The position numbers and the translations under genes are program-made. A stretch of DNA of 64,000 bases from positions 32,001-96,000 of the IMG/VR virus record IMGVR_UViG_3300027736_000026. One strand, written 5' to 3'. This DNA comes from a virus. How positions within the stretch are numbered: position 1 is the stretch's first letter; every line of letters starts with the position of its first letter. This document shows, piece by piece, positions 10,219 to 20,618 of the stretch. Under the pieces are notes generated by a model, which made no database searches, was not told the origin of the DNA, and saw only the letters and a list, made by a program, of their open reading frames with translations.

Positions 10219-11298
10219 ATGTTTTTTAATTATAAAAATTGTACGTTTAGCTTAAGTGGCGTTGATGTTCTCGCCTCTAATGTAAACATGTCCCTTGATT
10301 CATCAAACACTCCTGTTTATAATGAAGAGTTTAAAAAGAATTCTTATTCTTATGCCGCTGAAGACACAGTAGATACGACCTTCTCAGTTTCTTATTACTT
10401 AACAGGCAAAGACTTTGTAAAAGAATATCTATTAGGAGCTAATTCAGAGCAGGGTATTTCTGGAAACTTTTGCGGTTTGTATTTCCAAAGTGGCTACATT
10501 ACAAACTATTCTATAAAAGGTTCTCCTGATGCTCTGGCTAAAGTTGATGTAGAAATCAAAGTTTTCGAGCCTTTGAAAGGGGCTTTTTCTGCTACTACTC
10601 CTATTAATAGACCAGAATTCGCTCCATTAAACTTCTCAAGTTTTTATTTATCGGGCAATTTAGATGGAGTCCCTTTTGATTCAAATGGATATAGCTTTAC
10701 TAATTTTAGTTATCAATATCAGAGAGAGGTACAGAAGTACAATAAAGAAGGTGCAACTACTTTCGATCAAAGCGGCAGAGCGTATTTAGGTAAAAGATCT
10801 CAGTCTCTTTCTTTTGAGTTAGATAATTTTAATGTGTCGCTTCCTTATTCTGGTGTTCCTTGTACTTTTTATATTTCTTTACAAACAGGGGCGGCTCCTT
10901 TGGATACACTTTCTTTTGCAGGAATAGTTTCTTCAAAGAGGACTTCTTTAGAGACTCAAGGATATGCAAGATCAGAGTTTTCGTTAAAACAAGATTTCTC
11001 TCATTTTAAACCAGTAATAACTGATTTTACACCAAGAGTTATTTTACCCGGAGCGACAGTCACTATAAATGGCAGTAACTTTATTAATGTTAAAAAAATA
11101 TTTTTTGGTAATACTGAGGCTACTTCTTTTAACCCAGTTTCTACTTCTCTAATCACTGCTGTGGCTCCTATTAGTTTGAAAGGCGCTGCTGCTATTCTAA
11201 TAGATACAGAAGAAACTAGTTCTTCTTCTATATTCAATTTTAAAACAAGCGTAAATAAAAACGACATAAGACTGTCTATAAATTTCGAAGGATTATAA
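10219..11298 (+). CDS. Tail-tube-like protein 3 with C-terminal IPT/TIG domain
   Basis: ASNVNMSLDS..FSVSYYLTG..FCGLYF..GYITNYS; C-terminal PVITDFTP..PGATVTINGSNF..IFFG..ITAVAP. Confidence 0.6.
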   Translation: MFFNYKNCTFSLSGVDVLASNVNMSLDSSNTPVYNEEFKKNSYSYAAEDTVDTTFSVSYYLTGKDFVKEYLLGANSEQGISGNFCGLYFQSGYITNYSIKGSPDALAKVDVEIKVFEPLKGAFSATTPINRPEFAPLNFSSFYLSGNLDGVPFDSNGYSFTNFSYQYQREVQKYNKEGATTFDQSGRAYLGKRSQSLSFELDNFNVSLPYSGVPCTFYISLQTGAAPLDTLSFAGIVSSKRTSLETQGYARSEFSLKQDFSHFKPVITDFTPRVILPGATVTINGSNFINVKKIFFGNTEATSFNPVSTSLITAVAPISLKGAAAILIDTEETSSSSIFNFKTSVNKNDIRLSINFEGL

Positions 11299-11299
11299 T

Positions 11300-14200
11300 A
11301 TGCCAAGTTACAATACAGGTTTAATCAATCAGAGAATGCGCGTAACTGGCGCTGGTCTTTATGCGGTAAGCGGTTTGCAGCTTCCCGGTGCTGGATTTAT
11401 TGATTTCTCCTATTATGATTCAACTCCTGAATACATAGAGTTTAACGTACCCGAAAGCGTATTGCTAGGAAAAGCAAATTTTTATTTCATTACTGGGACT
11501 ACTCTTTCTTCGCCAATGTATGTTACTGGAATTGATTTTTATCCAATTCCAAGATTAGACGCTGTAATCCCGCAAACACAAGAAGTAGGACAATTTGTTG
11601 CAATTAGCGGAAAATCTTTAAGCGGAGTTCAGTATGTAGCTTTTAATAACCTTACTGGAACTGATATATCTTATCAGCCTACTAGTGGAGTGTTATTGGT
11701 AAAAGTCCCAAGTGGTTATACTACTGGTCCAATTAAAATTAGTGGCTATAATAACACTGGCATAGCTTCTGTATCTAGTGATTTTAACTTTTATGGAAGG
11801 ATATCAATAAGTGGTTTTAGTAATAATTTGCCATATGAGGGAGATATCCTCAGAATTTCAGGTAATAATTTTAATTTATCTTATGTTAATGAAAGCTATT
11901 TCCCTGTAAATTTTACCACTTCTGTAGATAATGGAATCACGGGCTTTATAACTTCTCCGTTTACGGGCTTAGGTGACGTTATTTCAGGCACAGTGCCTCC
12001 AAACGCTAATGCAGGGTTCGTAACGATAAATTCTAAAGATAATACATCTTTCAGTTCTAAAAATCAAATTTCAGTTCTTAAAGCTCCTGTGGTTTTTAAC
12101 GCTTTAAACTATTATTTAAATTCTGGACAGTCCAATATTGCTATTGGAAAAAATTTCAATTACGCCACCGGCATTGTCCTAAGCGGATTAAATTATAGAC
12201 AGCCTAAGACGATTTTAAATAGTGGAGTTAGGAGTTCTCAAGTTGGAATATTTGGAAGATCTTTGTTATTCAGCGGAAGTTCTTACTTGCAGATACCTTC
12301 TCCTTCTGGAGGAGATTTTAATTTTGGAGCAGATCCATTCACTATTGAATTTTTAGTCAATCCATTACCCTACACGACTGCCCAAAGAATTGACATGTTC
12401 CAAGACCAAGGATGGGATGGGAATGGTTTTTACTTTTATAAAGCTGCCGCTACCACTAATTGGACTTTTTATGCAAGCAATACTGCAAAATTTAATATAG
12501 CTACTTCTTTAATTCCAGCTAATCAATGGACTAAAGTATTAATTTCTAGGACATCTGCTAATGGTGATACTTTCTATGCCGTCAGTGGTAATAATAGACA
12601 GAGTTTCACAACAGTATCAGTGGCAACTCCTTATACAATCACAGCAGGTAGCGGATTATTCATTGGAACTCATAATGTAGGTTCTTATGCTACTTATGGG
12701 GTTAATCCATTTTCTGGATATATAGAAGATTTTAGAATTGTCAAAGGCGCAGGATTGTATAACAGCATTAATCAAGTATTCACTGGTTCTGGGATGTTCG
12801 ATATTCCGAATACTGTTCTACTACTTCAAGGAAATTATTCTGATTATGATTATAGAGGAGATAGGACTCAAGTATCGACAATTAGAGATATCTCTGGATA
12901 TGTAGAAGATTATAATTATGGAGCTTATAATAAAGTTTATCCAGTATCTGGTTTTGTAAAGAACTCTGCTAATTCTGCTTTAACATTTACAGGAACAAAC
13001 GCTGATGTCGGTTGCTACGACATTATTATAAAAAATTCTGGAGGCAGAGACTTTCCATTCCAAAATTTTGAAGTAATTAAAAACGATCCAATCATTAAAA
13101 GTATTTCCACTTTTGAAAATTATATTGGCGGAGCTATTGAAATTTTAGGCCACAATCTTTATCCAAACACTCAAGCTCTTTTTCAAGATACTGGTGACGC
13201 TAACTCACTTGTAGACGCAACAGAAAATTCAAATAGTTATTCGTATCAGTCTACATTTAGAAACAAAAAAAACTTAACCATTTCTAGTTCTGTAGCGATA
13301 AGCAATAATACTTCTAAGTTTGATGATAGGAGTTTCTTATTCTCTGGAAGCCCCGGTCCTTACATTAAATTTTCTATTACGGGACAATCTCCAAACGTCC
13401 CTTTAAGTTATGGAAATAGTTTCGCTGTAGAATTAGATTTTAAGTCATTAACTAACCTAAGTGCTTCAGATAAAAAATTCTTAATAGGAAGCGAAAATGG
13501 TTTAAATGTTTTTGCGACATCAAATCAAATAGTCATCTCTGGAATAGAGTGGAATGGGTTTACTCCAGTATTCTCTGGTCAAATAAGCGCTACAGATTGG
13601 AATCACTTATCGATATCAAAGAGCTACATTAACAATGGTAGTATAAGCGGAAAAATATTATTAAATGGAAACCCCGTAAACTTATCTGGATTAACTTATT
13701 CTGGCCCCTCCGCTTCTCAATTAGACTTTAGTATTTCAAATCTTGACTTTAGTTTAAATAATGATAAGAATTTAACTAGTCCAGTTTTTGATATTTATAT
13801 AGGAAGAGACTATGCAAATACTCCTGCTAATTATTGGAGTGGATATATAGACGAGATTAGAGTAGTTAAAGAAAATCCATATCAATATTCAAATTTTGCT
13901 CCGATTAGAAGAGCAAGAAATAATATCAATACAGAAGTTTTAGTTCATTCAAATGCTGGTCTTATCGATGACACTATTAGAACGTTTGGATATCTAAGTT
14001 TAAATACTCCTAACTTATCATCAATAAGAAAATCTAATTTAATATTAAATAATTCATATTCAAGAATAACTGGCGGATTTGATAAAACTTTTACTTTCTT
14101 AAGAACGCCAACTATAACAGGAATATATCCTGCTGTATTGACGCAAGGCCAATTAGCTACTGGTTATGGAAGCGATATTTACTATGTCGGATCTATCAAT

Positions 14201-16828
14201 ATAGGGGACTATCCAGTAACTGGATATTCTATTTCTCAGTTTGGATCAGAGTTTTCTCAAAGATTAATATTTACTGTGCCTGATTTAGTGCAAAGTGGGA
14301 ATAGCTTGACAATAAATTCTAATTACTATAACTATACTTATCCCAGCGGATTGTCTATTAATAGCGGCGTTCTCGTCGTAAACGGGTTTAATCCTACTAC
14401 TGGCATAGCTGGTTCTTTAATTTCTATATCTGGTAAATTCTTAAATACGGTTTCTTCTATTGAATTAGGAAGACAGGATGGCGCATATAAAGTGATAACA
14501 GCTTTTAATAGTCAAAGTATTACTGGCTTAAGCTTTTATATCCCTCAAGTCTATGATATTGCTGATGGCCCAATTGTCCTAAATGGCTCAAGTAGAGTTA
14601 CGACTTCTCAGTCTTTAACATTTTTAAATCCAATTGTCTTAAGAATTACTCCAAATTCAGCTTATTTTAATGATACGATTTCTTTATCAGGAAGTAATTT
14701 AAGCGGTTTTGAATTCTATGGAGTTGGTTTTAATAATGAAGTAATTAAATATCCAAATATTTCTTTAGTGTCTACTACTGGAGTAAGGGTTTCTGTCCCT
14801 AGAGACGTTAAGAAAGCTAGTTTTAGATTCTTTACTTCTGGGACTACAAATGAAGTCAAGGGCTATTCTCCATCATTTAATCCAAGCACTACAATTTCTG
14901 GTTCAAATCTTGGCACTTATAGGACGAGAGATGGAATAGTCATTACTGGAATAAACGCCCACAACTTTCAAACAAGAGACCTCTATATTAGCGGATTCAA
15001 TAATTTAACAAATAAAACTGGGCAGTATTTAATTTCTCAGGCAATGTCTGTTATTGATATATCTACTCTTTCTGGATTGTCTCAGCCATATACTGGATAC
15101 TCTATACTCTCTGGAAATTTAAATATTACTTCAGATGTCTCTTCTCAAATTCCAGATCTAGGGTTGTTGCTTAGTGGTTCTGATGTTGTCGGAATAGGAA
15201 CCACTGTAAGTGCAAATAGTTATGTAGTATTGGATGGGTATATTGGAAGCGGTCAAATCTTCTTCCAAAGGAACAGCTTTGATGCTGATAATCTTTATAA
15301 GACAATAACGATTAAACCTCCTTCTATCTCAACTTCTACTTTAAATATTACAACTGGGACATTTAGATCACTAATTACGTTAACTGGAGCTAATCTTAAC
15401 TATGTAACTGGAATTAGATTTGAAGGCGTAACAACTCTTGCAAGAGGTGCTTCTGGGACAATAACTCCAAACTTCCCTTATTTAGCTGCAAATTATAAAT
15501 CAGGAATAACTGTAATAACTGATGCTAGAGAGCTAAGTAGTAATGTTGTATATAAAGATTATAGTAAATTAAAATTCTATCCTCCATCAATGGCAGGAAG
15601 AGGTATGCATGGTAAAGATGTGGAAGATATCAGACCGATTTCTGGAATGTTCTATCTGCAAACTTACTTGGGAGAAGAATATCCTGTAACTGGAAACTTT
15701 AATTATATTCCTTTTATATCTGTCAATGATGCTTATTTAAACAATAATTTAACTTATAGATTAGATGGGACTACTCAAGTAAGTGGCTGGGATGGCTCTG
15801 TAATTTCTTTTAATGGAGAAGGGATAAGATACCTAACAGGAGTCAACTTCTTTACTAAAGTCAATGGACAAATAATAGAAGACTTCGCAACAACATTTCA
15901 ATTCAATAAAAAACAAACAAAAATAAATTTCTACAATCAACCGGGAGGCATCATTACTGGTTATAATATCGTAAGTGGAGGCGCTGGTTATACATTCTCT
16001 CCTATTAGCATCGGTTTAAATAATGGTGGAGCAGGAGTTCCTACTATAGATGCTATTGTTTCGTTTATGCCTCCTTATGTAGGTCAAGTTACGGGAGTAA
16101 ATATAACATTTAATCCAACTTCTCCTACTCAAGACTTCTGGCAAGGTAATAATGCTATCGTTCCAAATCCTTTATCAGGTTTCATATTAAGAAATCCTCC
16201 AGCTAATCTTGTTTTCTCTGGAGATAATTTTGCAACTCAAAGTGGAGATGGGTCTAAGTATTATGCCTATTATACTGTTTCAACGACTTTTCCATTAGAT
16301 AATGGTTTTGTGGTTGGTGAAAAATTAGACTTGAGATTAGCTAACTATGGTGCAGTTTACGAGACAACTGATCAGCCCTTCTTAAGTATACAAAATCCAA
16401 ATAACTTCGCCAGAATAGTGGACATCATTTTAACTGGAAATGCTTATGTTGGAGAAAGCAGTTTCACCGTTAGATACGATCAGATATATTCAACTGATGA
16501 TGCTGATTTTAATGATATGGATTTGCAATTTAAGACTTCAGTGCTTTATCCAACTGGATACAATGGGAAGAGGTTCTTACTTACCACAACAAAGCCTTCT
16601 AAGAATGGAAGGAACTTAAGAGTTGATTTCTCTACAAAAGTCCCTTCCACGGGTGATTATGTAAACCCAATAGACCCAATTGATTCCAAATTCCTAAAAT
16701 TAAGAATAGAAAGTATAAACTCAGCAGCTTCTTTGTTTAAAGGATTAGGAAGCGTTAGTTCGACAAGTAAAGTATTTGCTGGTTCTGTTGGCGCAGGGTC
16801 TAGTTCGCCCGGAATTGGGACTTCTTAA
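11300..16828 (+). CDS. Large virion fibre/adhesin with multiple IPT/TIG repeats and two LamG/ConA-like domains
   Basis: Repeated P..G..ISG..L..V..P units; FNFGADPFTIEF..GYIEDFRIVKG..TVLLLQG and GYIDEIRVVK LamG signatures. Confidence 0.75.
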   Translation: MPSYNTGLINQRMRVTGAGLYAVSGLQLPGAGFIDFSYYDSTPEYIEFNVPESVLLGKANFYFITGTTLSSPMYVTGIDFYPIPRLDAVIPQTQEVGQFVAISGKSLSGVQYVAFNNLTGTDISYQPTSGVLLVKVPSGYTTGPIKISGYNNTGIASVSSDFNFYGRISISGFSNNLPYEGDILRISGNNFNLSYVNESYFPVNFTTSVDNGITGFITSPFTGLGDVISGTVPPNANAGFVTINSKDNTSFSSKNQISVLKAPVVFNALNYYLNSGQSNIAIGKNFNYATGIVLSGLNYRQPKTILNSGVRSSQVGIFGRSLLFSGSSYLQIPSPSGGDFNFGADPFTIEFLVNPLPYTTAQRIDMFQDQGWDGNGFYFYKAAATTNWTFYASNTAKFNIATSLIPANQWTKVLISRTSANGDTFYAVSGNNRQSFTTVSVATPYTITAGSGLFIGTHNVGSYATYGVNPFSGYIEDFRIVKGAGLYNSINQVFTGSGMFDIPNTVLLLQGNYSDYDYRGDRTQVSTIRDISGYVEDYNYGAYNKVYPVSGFVKNSANSALTFTGTNADVGCYDIIIKNSGGRDFPFQNFEVIKNDPIIKSISTFENYIGGAIEILGHNLYPNTQALFQDTGDANSLVDATENSNSYSYQSTFRNKKNLTISSSVAISNNTSKFDDRSFLFSGSPGPYIKFSITGQSPNVPLSYGNSFAVELDFKSLTNLSASDKKFLIGSENGLNVFATSNQIVISGIEWNGFTPVFSGQISATDWNHLSISKSYINNGSISGKILLNGNPVNLSGLTYSGPSASQLDFSISNLDFSLNNDKNLTSPVFDIYIGRDYANTPANYWSGYIDEIRVVKENPYQYSNFAPIRRARNNINTEVLVHSNAGLIDDTIRTFGYLSLNTPNLSSIRKSNLILNNSYSRITGGFDKTFTFLRTPTITGIYPAVLTQGQLATGYGSDIYYVGSINIGDYPVTGYSISQFGSEFSQRLIFTVPDLVQSGNSLTINSNYYNYTYPSGLSINSGVLVVNGFNPTTGIAGSLISISGKFLNTVSSIELGRQDGAYKVITAFNSQSITGLSFYIPQVYDIADGPIVLNGSSRVTTSQSLTFLNPIVLRITPNSAYFNDTISLSGSNLSGFEFYGVGFNNEVIKYPNISLVSTTGVRVSVPRDVKKASFRFFTSGTTNEVKGYSPSFNPSTTISGSNLGTYRTRDGIVITGINAHNFQTRDLYISGFNNLTNKTGQYLISQAMSVIDISTLSGLSQPYTGYSILSGNLNITSDVSSQIPDLGLLLSGSDVVGIGTTVSANSYVVLDGYIGSGQIFFQRNSFDADNLYKTITIKPPSISTSTLNITTGTFRSLITLTGANLNYVTGIRFEGVTTLARGASGTITPNFPYLAANYKSGITVITDARELSSNVVYKDYSKLKFYPPSMAGRGMHGKDVEDIRPISGMFYLQTYLGEEYPVTGNFNYIPFISVNDAYLNNNLTYRLDGTTQVSGWDGSVISFNGEGIRYLTGVNFFTKVNGQIIEDFATTFQFNKKQTKINFYNQPGGIITGYNIVSGGAGYTFSPISIGLNNGGAGVPTIDAIVSFMPPYVGQVTGVNITFNPTSPTQDFWQGNNAIVPNPLSGFILRNPPANLVFSGDNFATQSGDGSKYYAYYTVSTTFPLDNGFVVGEKLDLRLANYGAVYETTDQPFLSIQNPNNFARIVDIILTGNAYVGESSFTVRYDQIYSTDDADFNDMDLQFKTSVLYPTGYNGKRFLLTTTKPSKNGRNLRVDFSTKVPSTGDYVNPIDPIDSKFLKLRIESINSAASLFKGLGSVSSTSKVFAGSVGAGSSSPGIGTS

Positions 16829-17527
16829 TTACTTGGCTTTTTGAATTCTCTCAATCATTTCAAAGATTTTAATCTTTGGGATGTCGGCTATTGACATAAA
16901 CGAGTCTGCGTTAACGTAGCCTTCTTTTATAAGGCGTTCTTTCAATTTTGCGAAAGTAACGCTTTTGTCTTTCATCACTTTTTCAAGAATGGCATGAGGT
17001 TCAAATACAGCCGAAGACTCAGCAGAGTCATCGACAACGTTATTCTTCGACTTGCCAATTTCGTCTTGACCTACGATATTAATCTTTAAGAAGTTTCGGA
17101 CGCAACGAATGAATGCTCTATTTTCAGCAATCGGACCCAAGAAGTGGCGAGCAAAATCTTTAGTGTTGCCGGGAGAAGCGTCACCAATAGAAGAGAAGGC
17201 TATTGAATTGCCTTGTGTTTCGTAGTTTGCAATCCACTCTATTTTACAAACCGCCACTACATAGTCTGAACTTGGAGAGGTTACAGTGTAATCAACATAG
17301 AAGAATCCTCTAAGTTGAGCTACATATTTAATTCCAGCGAGAAGAATAAGTAGGTCTTTATCTTCTAGTTTGGTGACATCGGTTTCATTGGTCTTGTCCC
17401 TATTTGGGACAAGAAACTCTGGCTTGATCATTTTGCGCCAGTTAATAGAGCCGTCATCATTAAAGTGGTATTCCACACCTTCAATGAGACCATCAGAGGA
17501 ACGAACAAGTTTCTTTACGGTATTCAC
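16829..17527 (-). CDS. Putative Rad52/Sak-like single-strand annealing protein
   Basis: LAGIK..AQLRG..VAVCKIEW..SIGDAS..AENRAFIRCVRNFL..DEI pattern. Confidence 0.5.
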   Translation of the reverse strand: MNTVKKLVRSSDGLIEGVEYHFNDDGSINWRKMIKPEFLVPNRDKTNETDVTKLEDKDLLILLAGIKYVAQLRGFFYVDYTVTSPSSDYVVAVCKIEWIANYETQGNSIAFSSIGDASPGNTKDFARHFLGPIAENRAFIRCVRNFLKINIVGQDEIGKSKNNVVDDSAESSAVFEPHAILEKVMKDKSVTFAKLKERLIKEGYVNADSFMSIADIPKIKIFEMIERIQKAK

Positions 17528-17533
17528 ATAGGT

Positions 17534-17562
17534 ATACTATGCGGCAACCGGCGACTTGTCAA
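17534..17562 (-). promoter_or_regulatory. sigma70-type promoter TTGACA-17-TAGTAT
   Basis: Near-consensus boxes; the -10 box ends 6 nt before the GTG start at 17527. Confidence 0.65.
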
Positions 17563-18709
17563 CTCTAAAAATCCAAAAACTCTCTGCTTCTTTCCAAAAC
17601 TCTGGGCAGTCAATGACTGGTTCAGCAATCTGCTTTGCTTCCATGCCATTCTTGAGAGAAGATTCGCTTAAATAAATTTTACCATTACTAATTATTCTCT
17701 TATTAGACTTATAGAAAGCATTTAAAGTATACTCAATGCCTGTCTTTTGCTTCAAATTAGTTGGCATTTCTACAATTATTTCTTGGTCAAGATACTTAAG
17801 CTTCGCTTGTTCAAGCTTGTCTCCTTGTAAATAAGTAAATAGTTGATAAGAAATATTTTTATGAGCAAGAAAATTAACGAACTCTAGGCTGCTATTTTCT
17901 TTAATTTCATAAAAGATTCGTCCGATATTCTTTTGATTGTTTAAAATTAGATTAGCATCAATTGGCTTATCTGTCATAACGAAACATTGACAGACTTGTA
18001 ATTGCTCGTTTAAGAATTTTTCATCATGTTGCAAATCCATTCTAACTACAATATTGTTAGAATTAAATTGGTTTGGATTTACTATTTGATTAGGCACCAT
18101 TTCTAATCTCATATTATTGTATTCGGTGCCGAAATAAAGAGTTTGAATTGAATTCGAATGAGGGATCTCTAAAAGATTTAAGATGTTTCCTGCAATTGCT
18201 TCTGGTTTAATAGAGTTAATCGTCTTGGGATTTTCTTCAAAAGAAAAAGTTGGTTTGCTATTTCTTTTAGGCTCAAGCAGAATGTGATCCTTGGGGTTTC
18301 CAAAGAAAGGCTTTACGCAGTTAACGTAATTATTAGAATACAAAGCCACAATTTTTTTATTGTATCCAGAAGCGATATGAGTAGGAAAACTATCTGCACC
18401 AAAGTGCAGCAAACAGTCTCTTAAAATAAAAGCAGTTTGATTTATATTAGTAAATCCTACTAAGCTTACAACACCGTTATAGACCTTTTCTTTTTCTTGT
18501 CCAAGCTGAATTATTTTAATACCTTTACTATCTAAGATAGGAGAAATGATATTTATTACTTCTTGCCAGTAATCGTAAGTCTTCGAAGGCTTTGAGCTTG
18601 GATGGAAAGTGATATACTTTTCGGCAGTTACTGGGAAAAACTTTTCGTAAATATATGGCTTCTTAATCTTAACTCCAGAAGCTAGAGAATATTGTTCTAA
18701 AAGGTGCAT
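17537..18709 (-). CDS. Glycosyltransferase family 9-like, C-terminal half, plus an unknown C-terminal domain
   Basis: HLLEQY..YITFHP..KTYDYWQEV..IQLG..LVG.TNINQTAFIL..FGADSFPTHIA..KIVALY. Confidence 0.7.
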   Translation of the reverse strand: MHLLEQYSLASGVKIKKPYIYEKFFPVTAEKYITFHPSSKPSKTYDYWQEVINIISPILDSKGIKIIQLGQEKEKVYNGVVSLVGFTNINQTAFILRDCLLHFGADSFPTHIASGYNKKIVALYSNNYVNCVKPFFGNPKDHILLEPKRNSKPTFSFEENPKTINSIKPEAIAGNILNLLEIPHSNSIQTLYFGTEYNNMRLEMVPNQIVNPNQFNSNNIVVRMDLQHDEKFLNEQLQVCQCFVMTDKPIDANLILNNQKNIGRIFYEIKENSSLEFVNFLAHKNISYQLFTYLQGDKLEQAKLKYLDQEIIVEMPTNLKQKTGIEYTLNAFYKSNKRIISNGKIYLSESSLKNGMEAKQIAEPVIDCPEFWKEAESFWIFRVDKSPVAA

Positions 18710-18710
18710 A

Positions 18711-20618
18711 TTATTTAATATCGAATGCGATCTTATCTTTGCCGTTGTGAAGATAATTGAGCATCTTTTGTGTTCCTATATGGGGAAGAAATGCTATTTC
18801 AAAGTAGCCTTGATGATTACCGTGTCCTTCAAGCCACAGTAGACTATCCATTTGAGGGATATATTCTAGTATTTTATGGATGCATGGATTACCCTCAAGA
18901 ACTGAGAAGTACTCTTTCTTGGTAGCAAAATACAAATTATGATCAGGATAAGTCTCTTTAATTGATTCAAGAAGAGAAGTGCAGAGATAAATATCTCCAA
19001 TACTTTCAGGCATTACAAACAAGATGCGCTTTCCTTTGTCAGCAGGATCTAAAATATCTTCAAAATCTACTTTTCGATTCTTTTGATTTTCTTGTGATGC
19101 TATTTGGCGAAAATAGTTTTCAACATTCTGTCGAGTTTCTCCTTTAGAAAGTTTTTCCATCCAATGCTTGTATCCATCTTCATTCTGATCCACCTGTTTC
19201 ATCTTCAGAATGTTGTGATACATGAAGATCAACCATTCTCCATTGTCGGTTATATTTGGAATAGCTGCATTGGGATCTTTTTCTTCTTCCTTTAAAGAGA
19301 AATCGTAAGTGGTAAATGGAATAGAATCAATATATTGCTCAAACATCTTTCCAATAACAGGAACAGAATAATTCTCTATAGCCCATTTCCTCGCCTTTTG
19401 CCCAAACTGTCTCCTCTCTAGGTCAGACATCTTGTAGGCGCGATATAGCTGCTTGGCAATAGAAGAAGGGTATGTCGAAGCCTTTCTGAATTGTGTTCCA
19501 TGTTCTCTGTACTCTGACCATTCCAAAGGAATAGATGCAGCATCAGGATGGCACATGTCTTCGCCGCAGCTATAATTAGTGACGAGAGTTAGTAATTCGC
19601 AATACTTAGCTTCTTGAATTGGAATTTCTTGACCCCCGCTAGTAAATGGATGACAATACACATCCATCAAATTATAAATCTCACATAGCTGCTCTTCGGA
19701 TACACCGAATCCAGTGTTGGTAGTTGAGCAACTCTTCTCAGACTTGCATACTGGACAGCCTAATTCTTGACCTTGAAAATGCGAGATAAAGTAATTTTTA
19801 CATTTATTGCAAACGTAAGTCGTCTGGATATCTTTTTTATCTATCTTGTATTCGTCAGCAAGCTTATGGATATCCCAGCCTTCTCCCCAATGAGTATGCA
19901 ATAGCAACTTTGCATTTTTAACATCGGGATTATTTTTAACAAAGTCTCTAAATCCTTCTAATAGATTTGGGACAGACTTGCGAAGTTGATTTCTAAATAC
20001 GAAGCCGACAATAAAAGAATCAGAAAGCCCGAAATTAGCCTTTAACTGCTTCTTCTTCTCTGCTCCTAAGTAATTAAATTTAGAATGATTTACTGGGCCA
20101 TGTACAGTTTTGGCATTATTGATGCCAATTTTGTGCATTTCATTTGTAGCAAATTCACTCCAAATCCAATACTGAGAAGACTTTTTAGCTTGATTAATCG
20201 CCTCTTCATAAATGGGCAAAGAATCAAGAGTCACCCAAAGCAGAGAAGTGATGTTCTTATACCAATGTTTATTATAGTATTGAGTGAACGCCCAAGGGTC
20301 TTGTGCGCCAATCCAAACATCAGGCTTCTCTTCTTTGATTACTTGATCAATATAATAAGACCCATAAGAAACATCTCTTGCAAGAGTTTGATCGGCGTTA
20401 ATTCTATTGACCTCGTTTTGATCGGTAGGGATACTCCCAAGACTCTTCCAAGGAGTCTTGGATAAAACGGGAGAACCCACTTGGGTTCCCCCGCAATAAT
20501 GGATAATATCATACTTACCCGTGTTGTATAGGTAAGAGACTAGTTCCTTCGCCGCCCTACCGAATCCAGTTTTAGCGAGGCACCAATCCGTTTGAATTAC
20601 TATCTTTTTCTTTCGCAT
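18711..20618 (-). CDS. Multidomain GT4 glycosyltransferase (Zn-finger insert) + DUF4214-like helical domain + GT9 N-terminal half
   Basis: TGFG..RNQLRK..CNKC..CPVC..YNLMDV..GGQEIPIQEA; MYHNILK..DGYKHW..GETRQ; ILFVMPESIGDI..IKETYP..LEGNP. Confidence 0.75.
   Translation of the reverse strand: MRKKKIVIQTDWCLAKTGFGRAAKELVSYLYNTGKYDIIHYCGGTQVGSPVLSKTPWKSLGSIPTDQNEVNRINADQTLARDVSYGSYYIDQVIKEEKPDVWIGAQDPWAFTQYYNKHWYKNITSLLWVTLDSLPIYEEAINQAKKSSQYWIWSEFATNEMHKIGINNAKTVHGPVNHSKFNYLGAEKKKQLKANFGLSDSFIVGFVFRNQLRKSVPNLLEGFRDFVKNNPDVKNAKLLLHTHWGEGWDIHKLADEYKIDKKDIQTTYVCNKCKNYFISHFQGQELGCPVCKSEKSCSTTNTGFGVSEEQLCEIYNLMDVYCHPFTSGGQEIPIQEAKYCELLTLVTNYSCGEDMCHPDAASIPLEWSEYREHGTQFRKASTYPSSIAKQLYRAYKMSDLERRQFGQKARKWAIENYSVPVIGKMFEQYIDSIPFTTYDFSLKEEEKDPNAAIPNITDNGEWLIFMYHNILKMKQVDQNEDGYKHWMEKLSKGETRQNVENYFRQIASQENQKNRKVDFEDILDPADKGKRILFVMPESIGDIYLCTSLLESIKETYPDHNLYFATKKEYFSVLEGNPCIHKILEYIPQMDSLLWLEGHGNHQGYFEIAFLPHIGTQKMLNYLHNGKDKIAFDIK

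Noticed and set aside
8523-16828. Opposite-strand tail cassette as an invertible (shufflon-like) segment
   Set aside because: No inverted repeats seen at the two ends and no recombinase in the window; the palindromic promoter motif explains the divergence
11300-16828. Diversity-generating retroelement target in the fibre or J
   Set aside because: No reverse transcriptase and no adenine-variant repeat pair noticed in the window
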